Positions 45,065-58,509 of a DNA stretch of 64,000 nucleotides are shown here, piece after piece. Source of the DNA: Eledone cirrhosa (taxonomy: Eukaryota); NCBI GenBank assembly GCA_964016885.1, contig OZ024742.1, positions 152,892,001 to 152,956,000 of the forward strand, written 5' to 3'. The notes beneath the pieces are model-generated. The model saw only the letters and a program-made list of their open reading frames with translations, was not told the origin of the DNA and ran no database searches. Numbering within the stretch: position 1 is the stretch's first letter; each line of letters begins with the position of its first letter. Made by a program: the position numbers and the translations under genes.

Positions 45065-47439
45065 TATTTTCAGCTAAAAACAATAACAACGATTTCTAAC
45101 ATAGATAGAAAACTATGAATTTCAAGTAGACATATGCGTTTATATTGACTGAACCTGTTGAATTATGAACACAAGAAATCTGAATGCAGAGGGAACCTTG
45201 ACCACAAATATACGGGCGTATGGCTAAACGGCTGGATTCTTTTCGTATTATAATAGTCTCGAATCTATTAATAATGATTTCGATCTTTTAATAAGCAAAG
45301 ACGATTTAGTAAGGTCCTTAACATATTTTCTCGAAATATTAAACAACACCTCCTCTTTTACCGACCAGCGTAACAATAAATAACATAGTGAACTCTATAA
45401 TTAGGAAATAAATAAATGTGATTAAATTCGCACATAGTTCAATATACTACAATATTTGCTATCCCCAAATATTAACAAATCTAATCGTCATTGTTATTCA
45501 TACCCTGGGCAAATTGCCTCGTTTAAAAATGTTAACAAATAGTTTACAACTAGAATATCCCAGTTTAAATTACGTTATGTAATTGTTCTACTTCAACACA
45601 TTCTGTTACCTTTGAGGGAAATTTGCTAAAATGTAAGTTTATAGGTTTACAATAACCGCGTCTAACATAGCCACATGAGTGATACATTTGGAGCGAATGC
45701 AGCAGTCGATAATTTTGTCTCTAGTACTTTAATAATACTTTATTTATCTACCCCGAAATGAAGAGGGTTGAACTTGGAGGATTTTAAACTCTGCTGAACT
45801 CAGAATAATAAAATTATGAATGTGTAGTTTACTAATACATCAAGAGCAGGTATTGAATTGCAAATAAGGCCATATCAAAAATATTTTCTTATTCTTATTT
45901 AATGCAATATCACTGGATGAATACCACAATTTACATTACTCCATAGAAAAGAAATGGATATTGTCTTGGCATTATAGAAATAAACTTTTGCCCAATTTGC
46001 AAAAATAGCATATTGATCACAGCTTAATGATAATTTATGTTCAAACTACATTTGTGATTTACAGTATTTAATGAAATTCAAGTTATTTTAAATCCTCCAC
46101 ACATTATTTCATTTGTATGATTACAGTTTCTGATAATTCAACCGAAGGATACGTTGTTGAAATGTGTTTCATTCATAATTAAATGATATTAAGATTAAGC
46201 CAGGTTCTGCTTCATGAATAATTTGAAAAGATGAGACAGTATCATGGGCTTTCTAACATCATAATAAAGGTAATACATGTAAATACATACAAAATAGATT
46301 ATGTGGGCAACTGCTTCTTGTTTCTTTTTTATTCCACACAGACATCACATAAAAAACATCCTATAAATTTTCAGTTAATAAAAAAACAATAGAAAGAAAA
46401 ATTTACAGCAAAAATATTATTCCATGCAGATCAAAACAAAGTAGTAAATAAAGTTTCTTTTTCTCTGAATGTTTAATTAATTTCAATATAGCTAAAATTA
46501 ATTAAAATTTCAATTAATATAGAGAATATATTCACTTTCTAATTATGATTAAAGATAATTTTGATTATACCTCTAATGTTGTTTCACTTCCCGATATTGC
46601 ACGGCATCCTACAGTAATTTTTAATCAGAAACTTCATTTGGTGTAGTTCATATTGAAAGTTGTGTTAAACTCAATTTGAAAATCACAATTCAGTGATTAT
46701 TTCCTGTAATAAATCAGTGCGATGGAAGAAAATGTTTTGACGATTTGGCATGTTACACACAATACACACTCGCATACGCGCAGAGACACACATATAGACG
46801 AACACATAGTTATATCAGGATGAGAGAATCAATTATGAACTAGTTAAATCACATAAAAAATTCTGCAGAGTTATGCACATCTTTACCCTATTATCTGAAC
46901 CAACTGTTCTTCAAAGTATGTCGTAAAATTAATTCTCGATTCGGGGATCACCCAGATAGAAATAGTGCTCCCTTAATACGAATACAAATAAAGCTAAAAA
47001 GGATGGCTACCTGTCACTATGTTACGGGTTCGTCAAATATCATCATTGTTACCCTGCAGGTACAGATTACTGGTAGGATTCTACAGGGAATTTTTATATT
47101 TTCAGAACAATAGCGACGCTTAATCTGTAAGACGATATTTACAGTGTGGTTAATTGTTGTAAGGCAAAAATACAGAAGAGTATTCTGACTAAATCAATAT
47201 TCTATGTAACCAAACGAGTACTAGTTCATATATTACCTGGCGAATATATCCTGAATAAATGTCCTGAAAAAATGTCCTGAAATGTCAAAGATCGGTTTGT
47301 ATATTGATAAGTAGTTTATATCACTCTCACGTATTCTCCCGTTTGGGGTGGGTGATACATGTCTTCTCTTGTGAAAAATGTCCCCGTTGCCTCATGTCTC
47401 CCCATTTTGGGGCACTTTTCTCATGGTACTCTCCGTTTG

Positions 47440-47639
47440 NNNNNNNNNNNNNNNNNNNNNNNNNNNNNNNNNNNNNNNNNNNNNNNNNNNNNNNNNNNNN
47501 NNNNNNNNNNNNNNNNNNNNNNNNNNNNNNNNNNNNNNNNNNNNNNNNNNNNNNNNNNNNNNNNNNNNNNNNNNNNNNNNNNNNNNNNNNNNNNNNNNNN
47601 NNNNNNNNNNNNNNNNNNNNNNNNNNNNNNNNNNNNNNN
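47440..47639. other. Assembly gap (200 N)
   Basis: Run of N. Confidence 1.
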
Positions 47640-47673
<34 letters not shown>

Positions 47674-48080
47674 CATATAATTACATATACATGTGTGTGT
47701 GTATATATTGTGTGCGTGTTTGTGTATGTATGTGTTTATGTATTTGTATATGTATATTTTTGTGTGAGAGTGTGTGTATGTTTTTACTATTTCGTGCGTA
47801 TGTATACGTGCATTTGTGTGTATTACTTACCACGCGTGTCTGTCCAGTTAGCTGCCTCATGTAACGGTGTCAATAATTTTTTAATATATATATATTTTTT
47901 CTTTTATTTATTTGCGTGTGTGAATATGTAGAGGAGTGCATTTATGTATGTGTATGTATGTACGTTATGTATGTTTGTGTGAATGTATGTATGTATATGT
48001 GCGTATGTATATGTGCGTGTGTATGGCTATGTTTGTGTATGTGTATGCTAGTACACACACATATGTATGTATATGTAAGT

Positions 48081-48146
<66 letters not shown>

Positions 48147-48441
48147 ATGGGTGAGTGTGTGTGTGTGTGTGTGTGTATGTATGAATGTATGTATGTGTAT
48201 ATATGTGTATGTGTATGTGAGTGTACGTTTTATATATATGTGTATATGTATATATGTATCCGTACATATATATATGTATATATGTATGTGTGTGTAAGTA
48301 TGCTTTTGTGTTTTTGTGTGTGTCTTTGCATGTGTAGTTTTATTTTATTTTTCCTTTCCTTCTCCCTTCTCCAGCCTCACTTTCATATAGATTGCATTTT
48401 TGTTTTTTAAAATCCAAATTCAATAAACAAACCAGGATTTT

Positions 48442-48500
48442 TTCATTCTGAAGATGGAAAGCAAAACCTTTTGCTTTTAAGAAACCACTGGTAAATGGAA
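48442..48500 (+). ncRNA. Type I hammerhead at the end of a microsatellite-rich pLTR-like remnant
   Basis: TTCATT-CTGAAGA-tgGAAAGCAAAA cc TTTTGCTTTTaa-GAAA-CCACTGG-TA-AATGGA. Confidence 0.78.
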
Positions 48501-48529
48501 TAATTGCCTTATGTTGTTTATTACATATT

Positions 48530-48887
48530 AATAATATATATATATAGAGAGAGAGAGATATATTATATATATATATCTATATATATTATATAGATATATT
48601 ATATATATATATAGATATATATATTTTATATATATATAGATATATATATATATATTATATATATATAGATATAGATATATATATTATATATATATAGATA
48701 AATATATTATATATATATATATTATATATATATATATTATATATATTATATATATATAGATATATATATTATATATATATAGATATATATATTATATATA
48801 TATATATATATTATATATATATATATATAGATATTATATATATATATTATATATATATATATATTATATATATATAGATATATATAT

Positions 48888-48919
<32 letters not shown>

Positions 48920-49005
48920 ATATAGATAGATATATTATATATATATATATATTATATATATTATATATATATATTATATATATATAGATATATATATTAT
49001 ATATA

Positions 49006-49071
<66 letters not shown>

Positions 49072-49188
49072 ATATATTATATATATAGATATAAATATTA
49101 TATATATACATATTATATATATATAGATATATATATTTTATATATAAAGATATATATATTATATATATGTTGATATATATATATATAT

Positions 49189-49243
<55 letters not shown>

Positions 49244-49267
49244 ATTATATATATATATATATACAAA

Positions 49268-49359
<92 letters not shown>

Positions 49360-49447
49360 AGATATATATATTATATATATATATTATATATATATAGATA
49401 TATATATTATATATATATTATATATATATAGATATATATATTATATA

Positions 49448-49516
<69 letters not shown>

Positions 49517-49685
49517 AGATATATATATTATATATATATAGATATATATATATATTATATATATATAGATATATATATATATTATATATATCTAGATATA
49601 TATATTATATATATATATGTTATATATATATATAAGTATAGATAGATATAGATATATTATATATATATAGATATATATATTATAT

Positions 49686-49721
<36 letters not shown>

Positions 49722-49948
49722 ATTATATATATATAGATAGATATATATATTATATATATATATATAGATATATATATTATATATATATATATTATATATA
49801 TATATATTATATATATTATATTTATATATATTATATATATTATATATATATATATTATATATATTATATATATATATATTATATATATATAGATATATAT
49901 ATTATATATATATTATATATATATAAATATATATATATTATATATATA

Positions 49949-49993
<45 letters not shown>

Positions 49994-50407
49994 ATAGATA
50001 TATATATATTATATATATATATATTATATATATATAAACATATATATATTATATATATAAAGATATATATTATATATATATATATATATTATATATATAT
50101 AAATATATATATATTATATATATAAATATATATATTATATATATATAGATATATATATATATATTATATATATATTATATATATATATAGATATATATAT
50201 ATATTATATATATATATATTATATATATATATATTATATATATATATATTATATATATATATTATATATATATAGATATATATATATTATATATATATAT
50301 ATTATATATATATATAGATATAGATATATTATATATATATATATATATTATATAAATATAGATATATATATATTATATATATATAGATATATATATTATA
50401 TATATAT
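48530..50407. repeat. Degenerate (TA)n array
   Basis: Direct reading; similar arrays at 52358-53103 and 54066-54206. Confidence 0.97.
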
Positions 50408-50854
50408 GCAAAGTTTTATTTAAATTGTTGGGTTACAACGAGTAAATATTTATAACTGATATAAAAGCACTCAACAAGTATTTGGAGTATATTTACGATA
50501 TTAAATAAATGGAAATTATATTTATAAAACCATATTTATTTCATTATATATATTTCAGGGATATCATATTAAAAATATGTTATGCCTTCTTCAGACAAAA
50601 TACAATATAAACAGTCCTATAAATAGATATATTCGACATACCTTTCAACTTCGACTTGCATTTGAAAAGTTGATTTGGTAGTGAAAAATATTATGGACAG
50701 TTATAAAAAGAAAGAAAGAAAGAAAGAAAAACGAAAAAAAAGAAGAAATGCATGCAACTAAATAGAGAGAGATAGATATAGAGAGATAGATAGAGAGAAG
50801 AAATTCATGTAAAGAAACAGAGAGAGATATATAGAGAGAGGAAAAACACAGAGG

Positions 50855-50885
<31 letters not shown>

Positions 50886-52357
50886 CAGAGAGAGAGAGAG
50901 AGAATATATAGAGTGATAGATATAGATAGAGATAGAGAGAAAGAAAATAGGTAGTTGGGCATCATTTGAATGACGTATCAATGATATATTTATTTATTTA
51001 TTTATTTATTTAGCTCTAGTATTAATGTAGAGAGAGATATATGTGGTTAGGAGAGAAAACAGCCGTTACATAGAGAGTAAAGAAAAATATCCAGACATAA
51101 ACGAGGCAGATTTAAAACACTATGTTTCATCAATGTAAAAATATCAATTCGTATAAATCAGGCATTTAAATGTAAATATCAGTATTCATGAATGAGACAC
51201 GTATCAATAATGTGTGAAAAATAATGATCATATGTCTAGTTTAAAATTCCTAGGTTTATATCAGAGTTGAGATAAAATAGAAGGTTATCCCAGATTCGAT
51301 ACTATAGACATCCATGTGAATTTACGTGATCAGCTCTGCAAATTCCTATTTCACACGAAAACATTCTCATTGTGCTATAAAAATTCTAGTATACATATAT
51401 GTGTACATACACACAAATATATATAGAGTCTACATTAATTTTAACAATACTATTCTTGTCTTTACTCTACATGATTATCGTTCAAGCATGAATAGAGAAC
51501 AGATATCAATATATCAATAAAAATATCAGAAACAAAAACATAAACAAAAAAACAAAAAAATATTAAAGAGAAAAATATTAAAAATATTAAAAATAAAAAT
51601 AAAACATAGTATGCCCCGCAAATCAACTACAGAGATCAACCCTTCAAAGTTAATTGTCAATATATTGCCAAGTTCGTTATAAGCATCAGAATCAAAAGCA
51701 AACAAAACCAAAAATTATTTACCAAATCCTGTCTAGCAGAAAACATTCCAAAAGTTTAGGATACCCATTTGATCTACAGATGTTCTTATATTTAATATAG
51801 AAGTTTATCTAGTGTAAAATGTATTCGATATATTTGGAGCATCAGCTTTTAGGGTAGTTTAATTATTCATGAAGAATGTTTAAAATAAAAAAGAAATCGA
51901 AAGATTTATCGGCGGGTTTCATAAATAATTATAAATCAAACTAAATATACTACATTTTAAATTTATATTTATATTTAAAAGTTGAGTTCAATCTATGTCT
52001 GCAGCAACTGAATAAATTTGTCCGTAAATTAAGGGAATTTTTAGATTTTAGTATAAAAAATATTTCCTCCGCGCAGAGGTCACATGTCTCAGAGGATGAA
52101 TTAAAAGGAATCCCTCTTGAGACTATATTCCAAGCCGTCGAATATCCAACGTTATCATGCCTAAGGTGCCAGAGTAAGCCTGATAGCGCTGTTGAAGATG
52201 TTTTGCTTGTGGTTATTATAGCAAAGTTTAAATTCTGTCGAGGTGGAACCAACTGTTGGTTCCACCTCGACAGAATTTTTAATATGATATCCCTGAAATA
52301 TATATAATGAAATAAATATGGTTTTATAAATATAATTTCCATTTATTTAATATCGTA
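50408..52357 (-). mobile_element. 5'-truncated PLE of the 32719/54207 family with snap-back junction
   Basis: GIY-YIG C-terminus ~51950-52253 on minus; hammerhead 50538-50601 (-); short inverted pLTR end 52275-52357. Confidence 0.88.
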
Positions 52358-52489
52358 TTATATATATATATATATTTTATATATATAGATATATATATAT
52401 TATATATATAAAGATATATATATTATATATATATATATATTATATATAAAGATATATATATTATATATATATATATTATATATATATAG

Positions 52490-52547
<58 letters not shown>

Positions 52548-52577
52548 GTATATATTATATATATATATATATATATG

Positions 52578-52655
<78 letters not shown>

Positions 52656-52791
52656 ATATATATATATATATTATATATATATAGATATATATATATATTG
52701 TATATATATATATATTATATATATATAGATATATATATTATATATATATATTATATATATAGATATATATATTATATATATATATATATAT

Positions 52792-52825
<34 letters not shown>

Positions 52826-52873
52826 ATATATATTATATATATATAGATAAATATTATATATATATATATATAT

Positions 52874-52905
<32 letters not shown>

Positions 52906-53036
52906 ATATATTATATATATAGATATATATATTATATATATATATATTATATATATATAGATATATATATTATATATATATATATTATATATATATTGAT
53001 TTATATATATTATATATATATATATTATATATATAG

Positions 53037-53075
<39 letters not shown>

Positions 53076-53107
53076 ATTATATATATATATATTATATATA
53101 TAATGAA

Positions 53108-53323
53108 GGCGTGTGGCTGACTGGTTAGAGAATTGGATTCGCAATCGTAAGGTTGTGAGTTCGATTCCTGGACCAGGCGATGCGTTATGTCCTTGAGCAA
53201 GACACTTTATTTCACGGTGCTCCTTCTACCTGGAGTTGCGACCGATAGATAGTATTAGCAATTGGAAAGACCAACGGAAACATTGTTCCCTCGGTCCGAT
53301 TTGACGAAAGTCGATCGTTCCTT

Positions 53324-53325
<2 letters not shown>
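53108..53325 (+). mobile_element. tRNA-derived SINE
   Basis: A box TGGCTGACTGG (53114), B box GAGTTCGATTCC (53157), central GTCCTTGAGCAAGACACTT domain typical of core-bearing SINEs. Confidence 0.85.
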
Positions 53326-53382
<57 letters not shown>

Positions 53383-53447
53383 ATATATATTATATATATA
53401 TATATATTATATATATATATATACATATATATTATATATATATATAT

Positions 53448-54064
53448 ATTCTCGCTAATTTATATTTGTATTAATCTCCAGAGTCTAGCTATTGAGCAGT
53501 TACTTTTATTGATTTTTTTCAGTTACTTATATTGACTGTTGAATGGCTCTGTTATATTTAACCATCCTGTCGAGAGCTTTAATTCGATTTGTGATATTTT
53601 GCATTCTCGCAATAATACACAACTGAATCATTCGCTTAATAGAGGTGTTACCTCCCTTGCTGAATCCCACGAGGGGTCAGTAATAGCTACACTATCTATA
53701 GCATATTGGAGCAAAACCCGTTGAAAACACGACTGCCTTGTTCATCATCTCACCAGAAGCCTAACATTCTTTATGTAGGCAGACAGTACCTGATTTGGAG
53801 TCGCAGAAACCAATACTGGATTTTACCATCAGTCCAGGGTCCGGGAAAGTATCAACACATATATTTTTATTGTTTGACCCGAATTACTTGGTCGTTTTGA
53901 TTTTGGCTGTGCGGATGATATGTTTAACCATCATCTCAGTGTGTTTGGCCCTTAACGTATGTTGTAGCTCTGATTCATATGATTCATCGAGCGCTTGCCA
54001 CACATATCGGACGTTGATTTTCGTTAATTCCTGAGCTGAAAACGATTCTCGCTAATTTATATTT
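53448..54064. mobile_element. 597-bp non-coding unit with 20-bp direct terminal redundancy, in (TA)n
   Basis: ATTCTCGCTAATTTATATTT at 53448 and 54045; collinear homology with the 615-bp unit at 61449-62769. Confidence 0.75.
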
Positions 54065-54159
54065 ATATTATATATATATATATATATTCTCTATATATAT
54101 ATATTATATATATATATATATATTATATATATATATATATTAAATATATATATATATAT

Positions 54160-54193
<34 letters not shown>

Positions 54194-55458
54194 ATATATA
54201 TTATATGCAAAAGTTTTATTTAAGATTGTTGGGTTACAACGAGTAAATATTTTATAACTGATATAAAAGCACTCAACAGTTTCTGGAGTAGGTTTACGAT
54301 ATTAAACAAATGGAAACTATATTTATATTTATAAAACCATATTTATTTCGTTATATATATTTCTTTGATATCATATTAAAAATATGGTATGCCTTCCTCA
54401 GACAAAATACAATACATAAGCTGTTTTATAAATAATTATTGACATACCTTATAATAATGCGACTTCCATTTAAAAAGTTGATTTGGTAGTGAAACTGTTA
54501 TGACAGTTATATAGAAAGAAAAACGAAGATGAGAAGAAGAAGATGAAGAGATGTATGTAAATAAAAAAAGAAGAAGATGAAGAGATGTATGTAAAGAAAA
54601 ACAACAGAGCGAGATAAAACTTTTGCATATATTTTGCTCCAATACCGTTGAGCGCTTTATATTATAACTGAAAAAATGGAATTCTTTAAGATCTCTTCTT
54701 CTCTAAAAGACATACCTCTACCTAGAAACAAGGACTTTATTAAACAACTAATAGATAAATCAGACTCCTTTATAAGGAGAATCAGGTGGCGTGCATTCCA
54801 CTTTGATAAATCTAAATCTAATGTAAACGAAAATGTCTCAGACCTAGACAGAGTCTTCAAATCTAAAAAAAATCCAGCCCCCAACAAACTTTTGAATGAT
54901 TTTGAAAACGATATCATTTCTATCATACAAGGAGTCAGATTCAAGAGAAACTTCAATGGCCAGGAATATCTGAAAAGCATTAAGGATAACATTGCGAGCT
55001 TAGAGAGAACAGAGAAGATCTTGGTGAAATCGGACAAAACCAACAACCTCTATGGAGTGGAAAAAGACATGTATAATGGCCTCATACTGAAAGAACTAAG
55101 GAAAAAGTACAAGGTAGCAGATAAGGCTGAACTTGAGAAAATGAATGTTGAGGCATCTTGTATAATGCATGAGTTGGAAATTGAGAACAAAACACAACCT
55201 TTCGTGCCTAGGAAACCCAAGATCAATATGAAAGATCACAAGAGAAATTTTGAAAATGACTTGCCAGTCAGGTTGATTGCACCATCAAAATCTGACCTGG
55301 GTAAACTTAGCAAGAACATTCTAGACAGAGTGATACAGCAAATTAAGGATTTGAATTGTTTACCTGGCTTGACCTTGTGGAAGGGAACTGGGGAGGTCAT
55401 TGAGTGGTTTAATGAAGTTAAATATAACAATAATAATAAATTTATTCAACTAGATATT

Positions 55459-58400
55459 GCCTGGTCGTTATGACTCTGCTGGCTTAGAGCCACAGAGAGG
55501 GCCAGTGGATGATGGATCAGCTGTCTCTGAGACAAATATAAAGAATGCAGTTTTGTCCTGCAGAAGAGCCATCAAAATTGGGCACTTTGAATGTGAGGAC
55601 TATTCGAACGCTGGAGAAGAGAGAGGAGTTGGGACATCTGTTCGAGGAGAGTGGTATACAGATACTTGCGATCCAAGAACACAGGATTCTACACGATGAG
55701 CCCGTGAGGAGTGTGATGATCGGGAGGAAGAGCCAGCTCATCACTACATCGGAAGTGAAGAACACAACAAATGCTGCAGTAGGAGGAGTGGGTTTTGTGT
55801 TCAGTGCAAAAACCAATCTGTTTGTGAGGGAAATAATGCCTATCTCCCTGCGAGTGTTGAGGGTGACCTTCAATGGAAACCCAATACTGACAGTCATCTC
55901 AGCCTATAGTCCAACCGAGGGGGACAGTAATGTGAATGCCGAGGAGTTCCATGAGGAGGTGTGTAGAGCTGTCAACACCACTCAGGCGCACAATATCCTG
56001 CTTGTTTTGGGGGACTTCAATGCACATCTGAGTAAGGAGGGCAGTGAAGATCCTTGCTGGTACTTCCATAACAACACCAACCGAAATGGAAGAATACTGA
56101 GAGACACCCTGCTGGAGGCGATCTTGATGGCGACCAACCTAAGGTTTAGGAAGAATCTGGGGAAGATGTGGACCTACATCTCAGATATGCACCTGTCCAA
56201 GTCCCAGATTGATTTCATTCTGGTGTGGAAAAAGTGGCGGAATAGTGTTCTGAACACGGAACCATACAGCTATTTCAGTACACTGGGTAGTGACCACCGG
56301 CTTGTTATGAGTGAGGTCCGCGTGAGCTTAAGAATGAGCAAGGCTCAGCCCCGGAGAACAATCTATGACTGGGGAGCTTTCAAGGAAGATGATAAGCTAC
56401 AGGAGAGGTTCACAGTGGAAGTGAGAAACAGGTTTAGTGCTCTGTGTGGAGAGTCAGAGGAGAGAGAGATTGGATGGACTGAGGAGAGTGTGACGAGGAG
56501 GTACGGGCACTTCACCAATGCAGTGGCGAAAGCAAGTGAAACCCTGGTGCCGAGGAAAAAGAACAAAGGGAAGCACGTCAGCTCTGCAAACCCAAAAGTG
56601 TGTGCAGCCAGAGAACACCTGAAAGCTGCCAGGGACCAATTCTATACTGATCCTACGGAGGAGAGGATGGAGACTGTGGAGGTGATGAGAGAAGAGCTCT
56701 GTACCGCTTACACGGAGGTCAGAGAGGAGGCACTGATAGAGAAGATCAGAAGTGTGGAGAGAGCGGTTGACAGATCTGGATGTAAGGAGAGGTGGATGAT
56801 CATCAACGAGATCACAGGGAGGAAGAAAAGGTGTTCGAGTCAGATCCAGGGAACGGGGCCCGAGGATAGGAAGAGGAAATGGCTAGACCATTTTAGGACC
56901 CTACTAGGAGAGCTACCCTCCACAGCCCGGAGCACTGGGGACATCAGGCGGCTGTTTGAGGAACTGGATGTTGAGACAGAGCCCTTCACCAGAGAGGAGC
57001 TTCAGAGAGCCAAGAAGAAGATCAAGGAGGGCAAGGATCATGGAAAAGATGGAGTGGCATCAGAGGTGATGAAGAGGTGTGATTTTGATGATATCATCCT
57101 GGGGTTCTGTAACGGGGCACTGGAGAAAGGAGTTGCCCCGAATCAGTGGAGGATCAGTAACATCGTCCCAGTGCCAAAGAAGGGAGATCTCTCTAACACC
57201 AACAACTGCCGGGGGATCTCACTGACGTCACTTGTGGCAAAGACCCTCAACAGGATGATTCTTAACAGGATCCAGCCTGAGATGGAGAAGAAGCTCAGGG
57301 ACAACCAGAACGGCTTCAGAGAGGGTAGATCAACCACCAGTCACATCCTGATGCTGAGCAGGATATTAGAGGGAGCTAGAGCAAAGTGCCTTCCTGCGGT
57401 CATGGTTTTCATTGACTTTAGGAAGGCCTTTGATTCTGTGGACCGTTACTGCCTGATGAAGATCTTACAGGCTTATGGAATCCCCAAGAGGATAGTGGAC
57501 CTGATATCACTGCTCTACACCAACACCAAAGCCCAAGTCATTACACCTGATGGGATGACAGAGTTCTTTGAGATACTGGCTGGAGTGCTCCAGGGAGATA
57601 CATTGGCTCCCTACCTTTTTATCAGCGTAGTGGACTATTGTATGCGCCTTGCACTGGAGAAACACCAGGACACTGGCTTTACTGTGGCACCGGCTCAGAG
57701 CAGGAGAGTTGGGGCGAAAAAGGTATCGGATGCTGAATTTGCCGACGACATAGTTTTGGTGACAAATACAGTGAAGGAGGCAGAGGATTTGGTGCGGGAG
57801 GTTGAGACTGTGTCGATGAGTGTGGGGCTGAGAATGAATGAGACTAAAACAAAATATCTGGTAGAGAATGTTGAGAAGCCAGAGGGGATCACTAATGTAG
57901 GCGGAAAGCCGCTGGAATTGGTTGAGGACTTCCTGTATTTGGGAGCAAAGATTGGGAATACGGAAGATGATGTGGTTGAGAGGAAGAGCAAGGCCTGGGC
58001 GGCGTGTCGCAGCTTGAGACCGGTGTGGAAGTCGGACCTTCTTAGAGACCTGAAAATCCGCCTCTTCATTGCTGTAGTGGAGTCTGTGCTGCTGTATGGG
58101 TCTGAGACTTGGACACTGACCAAGAGACTCACTCAGATGGTGGATGGGTGCTACACGAGAATGCTGAGGATGGCTCTGAACATTAATCAGTATACACTGA
58201 GGATGAAAAACTCAGAGCTGTATGGGAGCATCCCAAAAGTCAGCTCAAAAGTGACACAGAGGAGACTGAGGTTGGCTGGACATGCTCACCGACATCCAGA
58301 GTTGACATTGCACTCAGTGCTCCTTTGGGAGCCCCTACATGGACACACTAGAAGAGGAAGACCAATGTTAACATATGTTGATGCCCTAAGGACAGACACT

Positions 58401-58509
58401 GGTCTGTTGGAGATGCAGGATATGGCAGCGATAATGAGGGACAGAGACCGCTGGATAGAACTCGTCCATGGATCTCGAGAATTTTACCCGCCTTAGATAG
58501 ATAGATATT
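55459..58509 (+). mobile_element. RTE-like LINE inserted in the PLE RT, 8-bp TSD TAGATATT
   Basis: TAGATATT at 55451-55458 and 58502-58509; (TAGA)n tail directly after the stop codon. Confidence 0.93.
55545..58496 (+). CDS. LINE APE endonuclease + reverse transcriptase, 983-aa open frame
   Basis: GTLNVRT, IQEHR, GDFNAH, SDHR, RGISL, FIDFRKAFD, GVLQGDTLAP, FADD, YLG. The true N-terminus probably lies in frame 55457 (AIKIG|TLNVRT) via a 1-nt indel near 55580. Confidence 0.9.
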   Translation: MQFCPAEEPSKLGTLNVRTIRTLEKREELGHLFEESGIQILAIQEHRILHDEPVRSVMIGRKSQLITTSEVKNTTNAAVGGVGFVFSAKTNLFVREIMPISLRVLRVTFNGNPILTVISAYSPTEGDSNVNAEEFHEEVCRAVNTTQAHNILLVLGDFNAHLSKEGSEDPCWYFHNNTNRNGRILRDTLLEAILMATNLRFRKNLGKMWTYISDMHLSKSQIDFILVWKKWRNSVLNTEPYSYFSTLGSDHRLVMSEVRVSLRMSKAQPRRTIYDWGAFKEDDKLQERFTVEVRNRFSALCGESEEREIGWTEESVTRRYGHFTNAVAKASETLVPRKKNKGKHVSSANPKVCAAREHLKAARDQFYTDPTEERMETVEVMREELCTAYTEVREEALIEKIRSVERAVDRSGCKERWMIINEITGRKKRCSSQIQGTGPEDRKRKWLDHFRTLLGELPSTARSTGDIRRLFEELDVETEPFTREELQRAKKKIKEGKDHGKDGVASEVMKRCDFDDIILGFCNGALEKGVAPNQWRISNIVPVPKKGDLSNTNNCRGISLTSLVAKTLNRMILNRIQPEMEKKLRDNQNGFREGRSTTSHILMLSRILEGARAKCLPAVMVFIDFRKAFDSVDRYCLMKILQAYGIPKRIVDLISLLYTNTKAQVITPDGMTEFFEILAGVLQGDTLAPYLFISVVDYCMRLALEKHQDTGFTVAPAQSRRVGAKKVSDAEFADDIVLVTNTVKEAEDLVREVETVSMSVGLRMNETKTKYLVENVEKPEGITNVGGKPLELVEDFLYLGAKIGNTEDDVVERKSKAWAACRSLRPVWKSDLLRDLKIRLFIAVVESVLLYGSETWTLTKRLTQMVDGCYTRMLRMALNINQYTLRMKNSELYGSIPKVSSKVTQRRLRLAGHAHRHPELTLHSVLLWEPLHGHTRRGRPMLTYVDALRTDTGLLEMQDMAAIMRDRDRWIELVHGSREFYPP

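Noticed and set aside
43000-47439. Host exons or regulatory elements
   Set aside because: No credible ORF or exon pattern; only decayed SINE remnants. Small exons cannot be excluded without transcript data.
53108-53180. tRNA gene
   Set aside because: A and B boxes are followed by a SINE core and tail; no complete cloverleaf.
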